Shown here one piece after another: positions 9,785 to 19,956 of a DNA stretch of 64,000 nt (the first letter of the stretch is position 1; the number at the start of each line of letters is the position of its first letter). Both the position numbers and the translations under genes were made by a program. The notes under the pieces are model-generated. The model was not told where the DNA came from, did no database searches, and saw only the letters and a list, made by a program, of their open reading frames with translations. Origin of the DNA: an uncultured Methylomirabilota bacterium (lineage in GTDB: Bacteria > Methylomirabilota > Methylomirabilia > Methylomirabilales > 2-02-FULL-66-22); contig CAWJSJ010000002.1 of the NCBI GenBank assembly GCA_963845565.1, positions 1,504,001-1,568,000 of the forward strand. Reading direction: 5' to 3'.

Positions 9785-10681
9785 GTGCCGCATCCCCATC
9801 CCAGCGCAGGCCTCGAACCCGGCGCGATTCCGGTGCCGGCAGACGTGGAGACCCTCCGTCTGCTCTGCCGGGAGTTTCGCAAGGATCTGCTGGATCTGAC
9901 CATGCGTTCGGGCACCGGCTCCAGTCATATCGGCGGCGAGCTCTCGCTGGTGGAGATCCTGGCGGTCCTCTTCTTTCATTCGCTCCGGCTGGATCCGCGG
10001 AACCTCGAGTGGCCGGCACGCGATCGCTTCATTCTGTCCAAGGGCCACGCCTCGGCGGCCATGTATGTCGCCATGGCCTGGCGGGGGTTCTTTCCGCGAG
10101 AACGGCTGTTCGATTCGTTCAACCGGCCGCACAGCATCCTGCAGGAGCACGTCAACATGGATACCCCCGGGGCGGAGATTCCGACCGGCTCGCTGGGGAT
10201 GGGGCTGTCGGCGGGGGTCGGGATGGCGTGGGGTGGCCGGTATCGGACCCAGCACGAGGGTGCGTCGCCGGTCGGCGTCTTCGCCGTCCTCTCCGACGGG
10301 GAGTGCACCGCGGGTCAGACCTGGGAGGCCGCGATGTCCGCCGCACACCTCGGCCTCGAAAACCTGGTGGCGGTCGTGGACGACAACAACCGCTTTGTCA
10401 CCGGTCCGCGTAACGCCGTGATGACCCTCGATCCGTTCGGGGCCAAGTGGGCGGCCTTCGGCTGGCACGTGCTGGAGGCGGACGGCCACGACCTGCCGGC
10501 CCTGATCCAGACGCTGGCGACGGCGCGGCGTCCCGAGACCGCCCCCGGGAAGCCCCGGCTGGTCCTGGCGCGCACCGTCAAGGGGAAGGGGGTCTCCTTC
10601 ATGGAGGCCAGCGACGGCTGGCACGCCGGGCACCTGACCGCCGAGCAGTACCAGGCGGCGATGGCGGAGGTGACGCGATGA
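9785..10681 (+). CDS. Transketolase N-terminal (TPP-binding) subunit
   Basis: Motifs SHIGGELS, RDRFILSKGHAS, TGSLGMGLS, SDGE...NN and TVKGKGVSFME. Confidence 0.92.
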   Translation: MPHPHPSAGLEPGAIPVPADVETLRLLCREFRKDLLDLTMRSGTGSSHIGGELSLVEILAVLFFHSLRLDPRNLEWPARDRFILSKGHASAAMYVAMAWRGFFPRERLFDSFNRPHSILQEHVNMDTPGAEIPTGSLGMGLSAGVGMAWGGRYRTQHEGASPVGVFAVLSDGECTAGQTWEAAMSAAHLGLENLVAVVDDNNRFVTGPRNAVMTLDPFGAKWAAFGWHVLEADGHDLPALIQTLATARRPETAPGKPRLVLARTVKGKGVSFMEASDGWHAGHLTAEQYQAAMAEVTR

Positions 10682-11664
10682 GCACCGCCAACCTCGCCCA
10701 GTATGGCGTCGCCCAAGGGAACATTCGGCAGCTCTTCGGGGAAGCTTTGGTCGCCCTCGGACAGACGAACCCCAACGTGGTCGTCGTGGACTGCCAGACG
10801 GCCATGCCGACCGCCGCGGTGGCCTTCGCGAAGGCGTTTCCGGAGCGCTTCATCGATCTGGGAATCGCGGAGCAGAACGCCGTGAGCGTCGCCGCCGGCC
10901 TCGCGCGGATGGGCTTCATTCCCATCGTTCCCCTCTTCGCCTGTTTCTCCTCTCGCCGCGCCCTGGACCAGGTGACCATCCAGGCGGCCTACGCGGGGTT
11001 GAACGTCAAGGTGTGCGGCCTCTACGCGGGTCTCACCAGTCCGAACACGGGCGCCACCCACCAGATGATCTCGGATCTGGCGATCATGCGCTCCATTCCC
11101 AACCTGACGGTCGTGGAGCCAGCCGACGCCCTGGAGATGAGCCAGGCGCTGGCTGCGGTCGTCCTGCACCGCGGCCCGGTGTACTTCCGTTTGGTCCGGG
11201 GCGACATTGGCGGACCGTGTCCCCGCGTAACACCGGAGGGTTATGAGTTCCGGCTTGGCAAGGCCGCCCTTCTTCGCGAGGGGACGGACGTCACGCTGAT
11301 TGGCTCCGGCTTGATGGTCTCGCGCTGCCTCCAGGCGGCCGAGATTCTGGCGGCGGAGGGCATCGCGGCGGATGTGATCAATCTCTCGACGATCAAACCG
11401 TTAGACGCGGACCTGATCGTGGCGCGCGCCCGTCGCACGGGTGCGGTGGTGACGGCGGAGAATCACACGGTCCTGGGCGGCCTGGGCGGGGCGGTGGCCG
11501 AGGTCCTGGGCGACGCCTGTCCGGTGCCGCTCCGGCGGGTCGGGATCCGCGACGAGTTCGGCACCTCGGGCCCCCTGGAGGAGCTGTTCCCGCACTACGG
11601 CCTCACGGCCGAGGCGGTCTGCGCGGCGGCGAGATCAGTCCTCAGGGCGAAGGGCGGCTGCTGA
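10678..11664 (+). CDS. Transketolase C-terminal subunit (pyrimidine-binding)
   Basis: Motifs RFIDLGIAEQN, GATHQ, GPVYFRL, TIKPLD and ENHTVLGGLG. ATGA overlap with the upstream gene; stop codon lies inside repeat A copy 2. Confidence 0.92.
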   Translation: MSTANLAQYGVAQGNIRQLFGEALVALGQTNPNVVVVDCQTAMPTAAVAFAKAFPERFIDLGIAEQNAVSVAAGLARMGFIPIVPLFACFSSRRALDQVTIQAAYAGLNVKVCGLYAGLTSPNTGATHQMISDLAIMRSIPNLTVVEPADALEMSQALAAVVLHRGPVYFRLVRGDIGGPCPRVTPEGYEFRLGKAALLREGTDVTLIGSGLMVSRCLQAAEILAAEGIAADVINLSTIKPLDADLIVARARRTGAVVTAENHTVLGGLGGAVAEVLGDACPVPLRRVGIRDEFGTSGPLEELFPHYGLTAEAVCAAARSVLRAKGGC

Positions 11665-11792
11665 AAAAGGCCCATCTGCGGACGTTGGATTCGGCTCGGC
11701 ACTCGCTGCGACGTACCTCCAGTACGCCGGACCCATCGCTGGGTCCCCGGCCTGCGCCAAACCGCCTTGCATCTGGACCTTTTTGAGCAGCC
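11656..11792. repeat. Repeat family A copy 2
   Basis: GGCTGCTGAAAAAGGCCCATCTGC...GCATCTGGACCTTTTTGAGCAGCC; contains the TGA stop of the transketolase gene. Confidence 0.9.
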
Positions 11793-11837
11793 TGAGTGGA
11801 AGCGGGTCCTTCAGCGTTCTGCTAGAGGGAGGGGGGG

Positions 11838-13553
11838 ATGGCTGCCGATACTGGGAGAGGAGTGTTGGATCGGCTTGAAGCGGCAAGGGGGGCGTTCGGT
11901 GCGGTCAACGCGGCGCGGCTGGAAACGCTCCTCGTTCGCGCCGGTCGCATGCAGGTGCGCGATGCCGAATCGTTGATTCGCCTCCATGAAACGCTGCTGT
12001 TTCTGCGGGCCTTCCCGCCCAGCCCGAAAGTCCTCAGACAGACGGAGGCGCTGCTCTCCGCGTTCCACCGGCGGGTGGCGGCGCTGCGCGCGGCGGGTGC
12101 GGACCTGTCGCCGCTTGACCCGATGGAGGTGTCCGGCATCGCGGGCACCGCCATCGAGGACAGCCTGAACTACGACGTATCGCGCTGGCTCCTCAGGCGC
12201 TTCCCGGGGCGCGTGGACGTGGCGTGGGACGGTTACGACAAGCAGACGCGTCTGGGCGAGACCCTGCCCCGGTTCCTGCCGCTGCTCGATGACGACGCCT
12301 ATGTCGAGGCCGACGTACCCTACCTGAGGTGGCTGCGCTCTGCGAGGGGCGGCGCCGGTCGGGACCTGGGCTGGCTCGTGTCCCGTTTCGAGCGGCTGCC
12401 GCGGTCCGAACGAGAGCGGGCAGAACTCTTCGACTCGCTGGAGCTGACCGTCCGGTGGGATCTGGACAATCTCCGCGCGAGCCGCACCCGGAACTGGCGG
12501 AGCGTTCGGCGGGTGTTCTACCACCCCGGGCCGTTCATCCGTCGGGGCGAGGTTGATCTGGTCAAGGAGATGCGCGCGCCGCTTCGGGTGGCGCGACTCG
12601 CGCGTCGGGATGGCGAGAAGGCGCTGGACCTGATGCGGGAGATCATGACCGTGCGCCGCCGGGAACTCTGGGGTACGACGTACGGCGATCCCGCTTCCGT
12701 TCTCCGGGCCGACGTGGGGCGAGGGCTGGAGATCTACCTCTGGGGGCTGCCGCCGGCACGCCGTCTACCGCTCCGGGCCTACGTCGCGGGGTTCAGCCTC
12801 AAGAACGGGGTTCCGATCAACTACATCGAGGCCATCGGGCTGTTCGAGTGGCTGGAGGTCGGCTTCAACACGTTCTACACGTTCCGCGACGGCGAGTCGG
12901 CCTGGAATTACGCCCAGGCGCTCCGGATGCTGCACGCGGTGCTCGGGGTGACCTGCGTCTCGGTGTACCCGTACCAGATCGGGCTGGACAACGAGGAAGC
13001 GATCGAGTCGGGCGCCTTCTGGTTCTACCGGAAGCTCGGCTTTCGCCCCGGCCGGCCGGAACTGCTGCGGATCGCGGAGCGGGAGGAGCGCAAGATCGCC
13101 GCGACGCCCGGATACCGGACGTCGGCGCGCACCCTGCGGCGGCTGGCGACCGGCCACCTGTTCCTCGAGTTGCCCGGGACCGAGCAGGGCGTCTGGGACC
13201 GGTTCGGGGTTCGGAACATCGGGTTCGCGGTCCAGCGATTGATGGCGACACGGTACGGCGGGGACGCCGCCCGGTTCCGGGCGGGATCGGCTGCCGCCGT
13301 GGCGCGGGCGCTCGGCGTGCAGATCGGCACCCTGCGCGGAGCGGCCCGGCGGGCATTCGAGGAGCTTGCGCCGGTCCTGGCGCTGGTGCCGGGCCTCGGG
13401 CGCTGGACGGCGGTGGAGAAGCGCGATCTGATCCGGATCGTCCGGGCCAAGGCCGGAGCGGCGGAATCCGATTATCTCCGGCTGCTGCAGCGGCATGGAC
13501 GGCTTCGGGATGCGGTCGTTCGACTGGGGTCGAGGTCTCCCCGGGAGCCCTAG
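11838..13553 (+). CDS. Hypothetical protein (571 aa) with a possible GNAT-like acetyl-CoA-binding segment
   Basis: Long ORF with GC-type codon usage and a GGAGGG SD. DNEEAIESGAFWFYRKLGF resembles the GNAT N..A..FY.KLGF motif. Confidence 0.7.
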   Translation: MAADTGRGVLDRLEAARGAFGAVNAARLETLLVRAGRMQVRDAESLIRLHETLLFLRAFPPSPKVLRQTEALLSAFHRRVAALRAAGADLSPLDPMEVSGIAGTAIEDSLNYDVSRWLLRRFPGRVDVAWDGYDKQTRLGETLPRFLPLLDDDAYVEADVPYLRWLRSARGGAGRDLGWLVSRFERLPRSERERAELFDSLELTVRWDLDNLRASRTRNWRSVRRVFYHPGPFIRRGEVDLVKEMRAPLRVARLARRDGEKALDLMREIMTVRRRELWGTTYGDPASVLRADVGRGLEIYLWGLPPARRLPLRAYVAGFSLKNGVPINYIEAIGLFEWLEVGFNTFYTFRDGESAWNYAQALRMLHAVLGVTCVSVYPYQIGLDNEEAIESGAFWFYRKLGFRPGRPELLRIAEREERKIAATPGYRTSARTLRRLATGHLFLELPGTEQGVWDRFGVRNIGFAVQRLMATRYGGDAARFRAGSAAAVARALGVQIGTLRGAARRAFEELAPVLALVPGLGRWTAVEKRDLIRIVRAKAGAAESDYLRLLQRHGRLRDAVVRLGSRSPREP

Positions 13554-13909
13554 CCGGCCGAGATTTCCCGGCGCATCCGGCGTCGGATCGCCTCGCCGCC
13601 GGCTTTCGTTTTCATTCTTGACACGGTCGGCAGTCTGCGCGATCCTGTTCCGGTTTTCCAGGTCCCCGCGGCGTGGCGCCTTGACTCCGGACGCCCGGCG
13701 TGTCGGCGGCGAGGCCGCCCGACGCTCCGCGGACTTCTCCAGGTCGCCCCACCCCAAGAGGGCACTCCCATCAGCCATCGGGAAGGTTTCGCCGCCTGCG
13801 GTCGGAATCTGCGACAGGTGGCCCGACCTGACCCGGCGTACGACGAAACCCGGTCGATAGACAGCGGCTCGAGATTGATCACTTCGGAGCACAGAGGAGG
13901 GTTGTTTCG

Positions 13910-15520
13910 ATGAGAAGACTGTATGTGGCCTGCGCGGCGGCGCTCGTGGTTCTCGGCCTGATGGCGGGCGTCGCGTCCGCGGCGCGGTCGGGTGGGACGT
14001 TCAACTTTGTCCTGCCGTACGGCGGCGATGTGCTGACGCTGGACGCGCACAAGACCCCCAACACCAACGACCAGATCGTCACCATCAACATCAACCGGAG
14101 CCTCTACAGCTGGGATGAAAACGCCAACCGGCCGAAGCTGGAGCTGGGCGAGAAGGTCGACGTCTCGGCCGACGGCCTGACCTACAAGATCGCCCTGCGA
14201 AAAGGGGTCAAGTTCCACAACGGGCGCCAGATGACCGCGGATGACATCATCTGGAGCTACGAGCGGATGATGAACGCCAAGACGGCGTCCCCGGCGGCCC
14301 GATACGTCCGGATCATCAAGGGCGCCAAGGACTTCGAAGAAGGCAAGGCGCCCAAGATCGCCGGCCTTCGCAAGGTCGACGACTTCACTCTCGAGATCAC
14401 CATGGATCGACCGGTCGATCCCGCCTACTCGCTCTACGAGGGGGGCACCGCCATCCTGCCCAAGGAAGAGGTGGAGAAGAAAGGCGACGCCTTCGGGGCG
14501 GAGCCGGTGGGTCTCGGCCCCTTCAAGTTCGCCAAGTGGGTCAAGGGCAGCGAGGTCGTGTTGACGAAGAACGCCGACTACTTCGAGAAGGGGAAGCCCT
14601 ACCTGGACAAGGTCGTGTACAAGATCATGCCCGAGGGCGCCGCGCGCGATGTCGCCTTCCGGGCCAAGGAGCTGGATGCCACGGTGGTCGGCTCGGCACA
14701 GTATCCCGTGTACAAGGCGGACCCCCAGATCTCCAAGAACATGGTCGAGGTGGCCGAGCTGTTCACCCGCATGATCGGGTTCAACCCGAACTACGAGCCG
14801 TTCAAGAACAAGCAGGTGCGGCAGGCGATCAACCACGCCATCGACTCCAAGCTGATCATCTCAGCGGCTGCTCAAGGACAAGGCTTTCCCCTGCGTGGGC
14901 TATCTGCCCACCACCTCGCCGGCCTTCGACCCGAAGGCCAAGGGGTACGAGTTCAACGTCGAGAAGGCCAAGGCGCTGATGAAAGAGGCGGGGTACGAAA
15001 AGGGGTTCACCTTCGAGTGCATCGGCACGAGCAACGAGTCCTGGGGCATCCCGGTCGTCGAGGCGATCATGCCCTTCCTGAAGCAGATCAACGTCACGGT
15101 GAAGCCGCAGCAGGTCGAGGGCGCGGCGCTGGCGACCGGATCCGGAAGCTGGACTACCAGGCGTTTATCTGGTCGGTGAGCAGCGGCGCGGGCGGCGACT
15201 CGCTGCAGGCCCTGGAGCGATGGTAGTCGAAGAACCCGCCGACCGCCGGGAATTTCGTGACCTACAACAACCCCGAGTTCGACAAGCTTCTGGAAGCGGC
15301 GCGGAAGGAGCGGGACATCGCCAAGCGGAAGGACATCCTGCGGAAGGCGGACGCCATCTTCAGGGACGATGCGCCGGTCTGGTTCTTCAACTACAACAAG
15401 GCGGTGGTGGCCCACCAGCCGTGGGTCAAGGGCATCAAGCCGGTTGCCATCGAGATGATGTACCAGGACCTGGTCGATCTCTGGATCGACGAGTCGTCCC
15501 CGCGGGCCAAGGAGAAGTAG
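13910..15520 (+). CDS. ABC transporter substrate-binding protein, family 5 (Opp/Dpp); interrupted by two frameshifts and one in-frame TAG
   Basis: Signal peptide and motifs LRKGVKFHNG..TADD, PVGLGPFKF and VRQAINHAID. Frame changes near 14861 and 15133; TAG at 15224-15226; the SBP C-terminus continues to 15520. Confidence 0.85.
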
Positions 15521-15521
15521 C

Positions 15522-15644
15522 AGGCTGCTGAAGAGGGCCCATCTGCGGCGTTGGTGCACCTCGGCACTCGCTGCGGCGTACCTCCAGTACGCCTCACTCG
15601 GCCTGCGGTGCCCCGCCTTGCATATGGACCCTCTTGAGCAGCCT
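15522..15644. repeat. Repeat family A copy 3
   Basis: AGGCTGCTGAAGAGGG...CCCTCTTGAGCAGCCT, directly after the TAG stop of the SBP gene. Confidence 0.9.
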
Positions 15645-15772
15645 CGACGGGGGCGCAGCTCAGCGCCAACTTAAGGTGCCGCGGTGCAGCGCGGGTTCTT
15701 AGCCCGATCTTAGGTGGCCTCGTTGGCGTCTGGGATCGGGCTGTTTTCTCATAGTTCCAGAATGAGTTCGTG

Positions 15773-16708
15773 ATGCTCGCATACGCGTTCCGACGTATCC
15801 TGCAATTCGTGCCGACGATCCTGGTGATCTCGTTGATCATGTTCTTCCTGCTCAACGTGCTGCCGGGCAACGCCGCCCTGATGGCTGCCGGGGCGCAGGA
15901 CCGAGGGATGGATGCGAAATACGTCGAGCAGATGCTGAAGAAATGGGACCTGGACAAGCCGCTCCACGTCCGGTACTGGAACTACGTCAAAAACCTGGCG
16001 CGCGGCGACCTGGGCCTCTCGTTCTTGCGGGGCGAGGATGTCCGGCAGGTGCTCCTGGCGCGGTTCTGGCCCACACTGAAACTGGCCCTGGTGGCCATGG
16101 TGATCGCCATCGCGGTCGGGGTGCCGCTGGGGTTCCTCTCGGCGCTGCGACACGGCTCGTGGCTGGACGCCTGTTCGATGATCGGGGCGGTTTCGGGGGT
16201 CTCGCTGCCCCAGTTCTGGCTGGGCCTTCTGCTCATGTTCCTGATGTCCGTGAAGCTCCGACTCCTCCCCACCTCGGGGTACGGGGATGGGAGCTTCACC
16301 CACCTGGTGCTGCCCGCCCTCACGCTGGGGGTGGGTTACATGGCGCTCCTGGCGCGGACCACGCGGGCCGCCGTCATGGAGATCCTCAGCGCGGACTACG
16401 TGCGGACGGCCGCGGCCAAGGGGCTGTCGCGTCTGGCGATCAACGGGAAGCACGTCTTCCGCAACGCCCTGATTCTGGTCCTCACCACGGCGGGGCTGCA
16501 GTTCGGCTCGCTCATCGGCCAGACGGTCATCGTGGAGAAGCTCTTCTCGTGGCCCGGCATCGGATCGCTCCTGGTGGACACGATCTTCCAGCGCGACATC
16601 CCGGTGGTGCAGGGGTGCATCCTGCTGATCATCCTGGTCTTCCTGTGCGTCAATCTGGCGGTGGATCTTCTCTATGCGGCGATCGACCCGCGGATCGAGT
16701 ATCGATGA
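15773..16708 (+). CDS. ABC peptide/nickel transporter permease (DppB/OppB-like)
   Basis: Motifs LPG...GDLGLS, SLPQFWLG, EAA loop DYVRTAAAKGLS, EKLFSWPGIG and RDIPVVQG. Confidence 0.92.
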   Translation: MLAYAFRRILQFVPTILVISLIMFFLLNVLPGNAALMAAGAQDRGMDAKYVEQMLKKWDLDKPLHVRYWNYVKNLARGDLGLSFLRGEDVRQVLLARFWPTLKLALVAMVIAIAVGVPLGFLSALRHGSWLDACSMIGAVSGVSLPQFWLGLLLMFLMSVKLRLLPTSGYGDGSFTHLVLPALTLGVGYMALLARTTRAAVMEILSADYVRTAAAKGLSRLAINGKHVFRNALILVLTTAGLQFGSLIGQTVIVEKLFSWPGIGSLLVDTIFQRDIPVVQGCILLIILVFLCVNLAVDLLYAAIDPRIEYR

Positions 16709-17548
16709 ACGGGGCGCTGCGGACGCTGAAGCGGCAGAAGAACCTGATGATCGGGGGAGCGATCACGCTGGTGATCGTCTTGATGGCACTCTTTGCCCCA
16801 CTGCTCGCGCCCTACGATCCGATCACTCAGGCCGACCTGCTGCACTCCGAGGAGCCTCCCAGCCGGACGTTCCTCTTCGGGACCGACACGCAGGGACGGG
16901 ACATCCTCTCGCGGGTGATCTACGGCGCCCGGGTGTCGCTGGCCATCGGGCTCATCACGCAGTTCCTGAACAGCCTGATCGGGGTGCTGCTGGGCCTCAC
17001 CGCCGGGTTCCTGGGCCGGTGGTGGGACGATCTGGTGATGGGCCTGACCAACATCATGCTCTCGATTCCCGCGCCTGGTGCTGGCGCTGGCGATCATGGC
17101 GGTCCTCGGCCCCGGACTCTTCAACGTCTTTCTGGCTCTCGGCTTCACCAACTGGTCCTACAGCTGCCGGGTGACACGCTCCCAGGTGCTGGCCGCGCGA
17201 TCCCTGGACTACGTACACGCCGCCCGGGCACTGGGCCAGGGCCGGATCCGGATCATGCTCCGGCAGATCCTGCCCAACATCGTGGGGCCGATCCTGGTCA
17301 TCGCCACGCTGGGCGTCGCCTATGCCATTCTCACCGAGGCGTCTCTGTCGTTTCTCGGCCTGGGCGCGCAGCCACCGACGCCGAGCTGGGGCGGGATGCT
17401 CTCCACGGCGAGGGAGCAGCTCTTCACGGCGCCCTGGATCTCCATCTTCCCGGGCCTGGCGATCTTCGTCACGGTGCTGGGGTTGAACTTGCTGGGGGAC
17501 GGCTTGCGGGACGTCCTGGACCCGCATACGATCCGGACGCGGCGGTAG
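16705..17548 (+). CDS. ABC peptide transporter permease (DppC/OppC-like), one frameshift near 17074
   Basis: APYDP and FGTDTQGRDILSRVIYGARVSL in the first frame; DYVHAARALG, ILPN, SLSFLGLG and GDGLRDVLDP in the second. Confidence 0.88.
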
Positions 17549-17589
17549 GGCGAGGAGCCGCAGAGGCGCGGAGGAACTGGGGGGCAGTA

Positions 17590-17687
17590 GCCACAAAGGA
17601 GCACAAGGGAGCACAGGGCCAGATGTCTGCGGGAGGGTTCATGGCGGTACGTTCCGTTTGCCATGTGCATCTTGTGCGTCTTGTGGC
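17590..17687. repeat. Inverted repeat whose arms consist of tandem GCACAA-containing 9-10-mers
   Basis: gccacaaaggagcacaagggagcacag ... catgtgcatcttgtgcgtcttgtggc. Confidence 0.6.
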
Positions 17688-17741
17688 AGAGGGCCTTCAG
17701 CCAGTGCCTGGTGGCTTTACCAATCGAGAAGCGGAGGAAGT

Positions 17742-19326
17742 ATGGATACTGCGATTCTTTCGAGCCGAGTCTACCAGGGCGACCCCGCAAAACCGTGGGC
17801 CGAGGCCGTCGCTATGCGGGACGGCCGGGTCGTGGCGGTGGGGAGCAACGCCGACGTCAAGCAGGCCTGCGGCGCGAACGCCCAGGTCTTCGAACTGCCG
17901 GGGCGGCTGGTCGTCCCCGGCATCGTGGACGCTCACCTGCATTTCGTGAGCTTCGGTCTGTATCTGGAGCGGGTGGACCTGCGCGACCTCACCTCCATCG
18001 CGGCCTGCCGGGAGCGAGTCAAGGCGGCCGTGGCGAAGAAGACCCCGGGCGAATGGATCATCGGCCGAGGCTGGAACGAGCACATCTGGACCGACCGGCG
18101 CGAGCCGAGCGCCCGCGACCTCGACGACATCGCGCCCGATCATCCGGTGATGCTGGTGCGGTGCTGCGGCCACACGGTCTGGATCAACGCCATGGCCATG
18201 AAGCTGGCGGGGATCACGAAGGAGAGCCGTGGACGCCCCCGGCGCCCGGATCGAGCGGGACGCGAACGGCCGCCCGATCGGCCTGTGCCGCGAGTACCGC
18301 AAGATCATCGAGAAGGTGATCCCGCCCCCGACGCTGGAGGAGCGGAAGGCCGCCGGCTTGCGGGCCCAGGCAGAGGCCCTGCGGTATGGGGTGACCGGCG
18401 TCCACACCTGCGAGACGCTGGCCGAGTGGGATGCGCTGGCGGCGCTGGAGGCGGAGGGGAAGCTCAGGATCCGCGTCCACCACACGCTGCCGCCCGAGGA
18501 GGTGGAGAAGGCGAAGACGCGGGGCATCGAGCTGACGAAGGGGAGCGACCGGCTGTGGTTCGGCCAGGTGAAGCTCTTCGCCGACGGAACGCTGGGCTCC
18601 AGCACGGCCCTGCTCCATGCCCCCTATACCGACGACGCCTCCAAGACGGGTCTGGAGTGTCTCACGGTCGCCGAGATGCAGGAGCGGATCGAGCTGGCCT
18701 ACCGGCACGGCGGCGATGTGGCCGTGCACGCCATCGGCGATCTGGCCACGACCAATGTCCTCAACGCCATCGAGGGGGCGCGGAAGCGATTCCCCGGGCC
18801 GAGGCGGGACCGGGTCGAGCACGTGCAGCTCTTACACCCCAACGACTTCGCCCGGTTCCGGGCCATGGACGTGGTGGCGTCGTGCCAGCCGGTCCATCTG
18901 CACACCGACATGCGCGTGGCGGAACAGAAGTGGGGAATGGACCGCTGCCGGTACGGCTACGCCTGGAAGTCCATGCTTCGGGAAGGGATCCGGGTGCAGT
19001 TCGGCTCGGACGCGCCGGTCGAGCACATCAATCCGATGCTCAGCTTCCACGCCGCGGTGAATCGCCAGAGTCTTCAGGGCGAGCCCGCGGACGGCTGGTT
19101 CCCCGCCGAGCGGCTGAGTCTGAAGGAGACGATCCACGCCTTCACCGCCGTCCCCGCCTGGGTGTCACGACGGGAGACCCAGCTCGGCAGTCTCGCCCCC
19201 GGGAAGATCGCCGACCTCACCGTGTTCGCGGAGGACCTCTTCGCCATGACGCCGGACACGCTGGCATCCGCCGCGGTGGAGATGACGATCGTGGGCGGGG
19301 AAACTGCCTTCCGCAGTCAGCAATAG
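17742..19326 (+). CDS. Amidohydrolase 3 family (YtcJ-like) metal-dependent hydrolase, frameshift near 18228
   Basis: Motifs PGIVDAHLH, GRGWNE, GH..W.N, KLFADGTLG, HAIGD, RVEHVQ, GSDAPV and GSLAPGKIADL. Confidence 0.88.
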
Positions 19327-19344
19327 GAACGCCTGAACGGGAAC

Positions 19345-19373
19345 GGCGGCACCCGAAACGTTCAGGTGCCGCC
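19345..19373. terminator. Hairpin between convergent genes (putative bidirectional terminator)
   Basis: GGCGGCACC-N11-GGTGCCGCC. Confidence 0.5.
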
Positions 19374-19398
19374 GCGGTATATCCAGGGAAGCGGTGCG

Positions 19399-19694
19399 TT
19401 ACTTCTTGGCGGGGGCCTTCGCGGGGGCCTCCTTCTTCGGTGCGTCCTTCACCTCGATCTCCTGCGCGCTCATCTGATACTGGATGGTCACCTTGGATCC
19501 GACCTTGAGGTCCCCCGTCACCTTGGTGGCCTTGTCGCGGGAGATCTCCCATTTTTCCGTGCCCTTCTGAACGATGATCATGTCGTCCTTCAGCTCGAGG
19601 ACCGGGCCCGTGACCTGATAGCTCTTGACCGAGGCTGCATGGGCGACCGAAGCGGCGAAGCGAGGAGGACGGCCAACAGGACGATGCGCTTCAT
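19399..19694 (-). CDS. Small exported hypothetical protein (beta-rich), frameshift in the signal peptide near 19655
   Basis: AAAGGAG SD, then MKRIVLLAVLL; the frame changes to AASVAHAASVKSYQVTGPVLELKDDMIIVQKGTEKWEISRD...KVGSKVTIQY. Confidence 0.7.
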
Positions 19695-19956
19695 TACATT
19701 CTCCTTTCGTGGCGTGAAGAGCGGATTGCTCGGGAGCGAACGCGAGGCGATCTTAGCCAGGGAGACTTCGATTCGTCAACCCGAATTGCGAGAGTTGCGA
19801 GAGGTGGAACGGCGGGCAGTTTTCCAACCGGGCGAGACGGGTGGGGCGAGTTGACGGGACTGAAGATGCGTGATACCAGTGTGCCCCAGGCTGAGTCGTG
19901 CCCACTGGAGGGCGATCACGAAGGGCCGGTGGCATACATGGAGGGTAAGGAGAACC

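Noticed and set aside
9700..9785. attTn7 site at the glmS 3' end, possible Tn7 insertion
   Set aside because: The glmS end is intact, but there is no Tn7-like terminus, duplication or tns gene downstream; the transketolase follows directly.
15224..15226. Pyrrolysine recoding
   Set aside because: No pyl genes in the window, an unlikely protein family, and the same gene has two other apparent sequence errors.
19860..19950. TPP riboswitch suggested by GGCTGAG
   Set aside because: The downstream CCTGAT/TAAT/GCGNAGG elements are missing.
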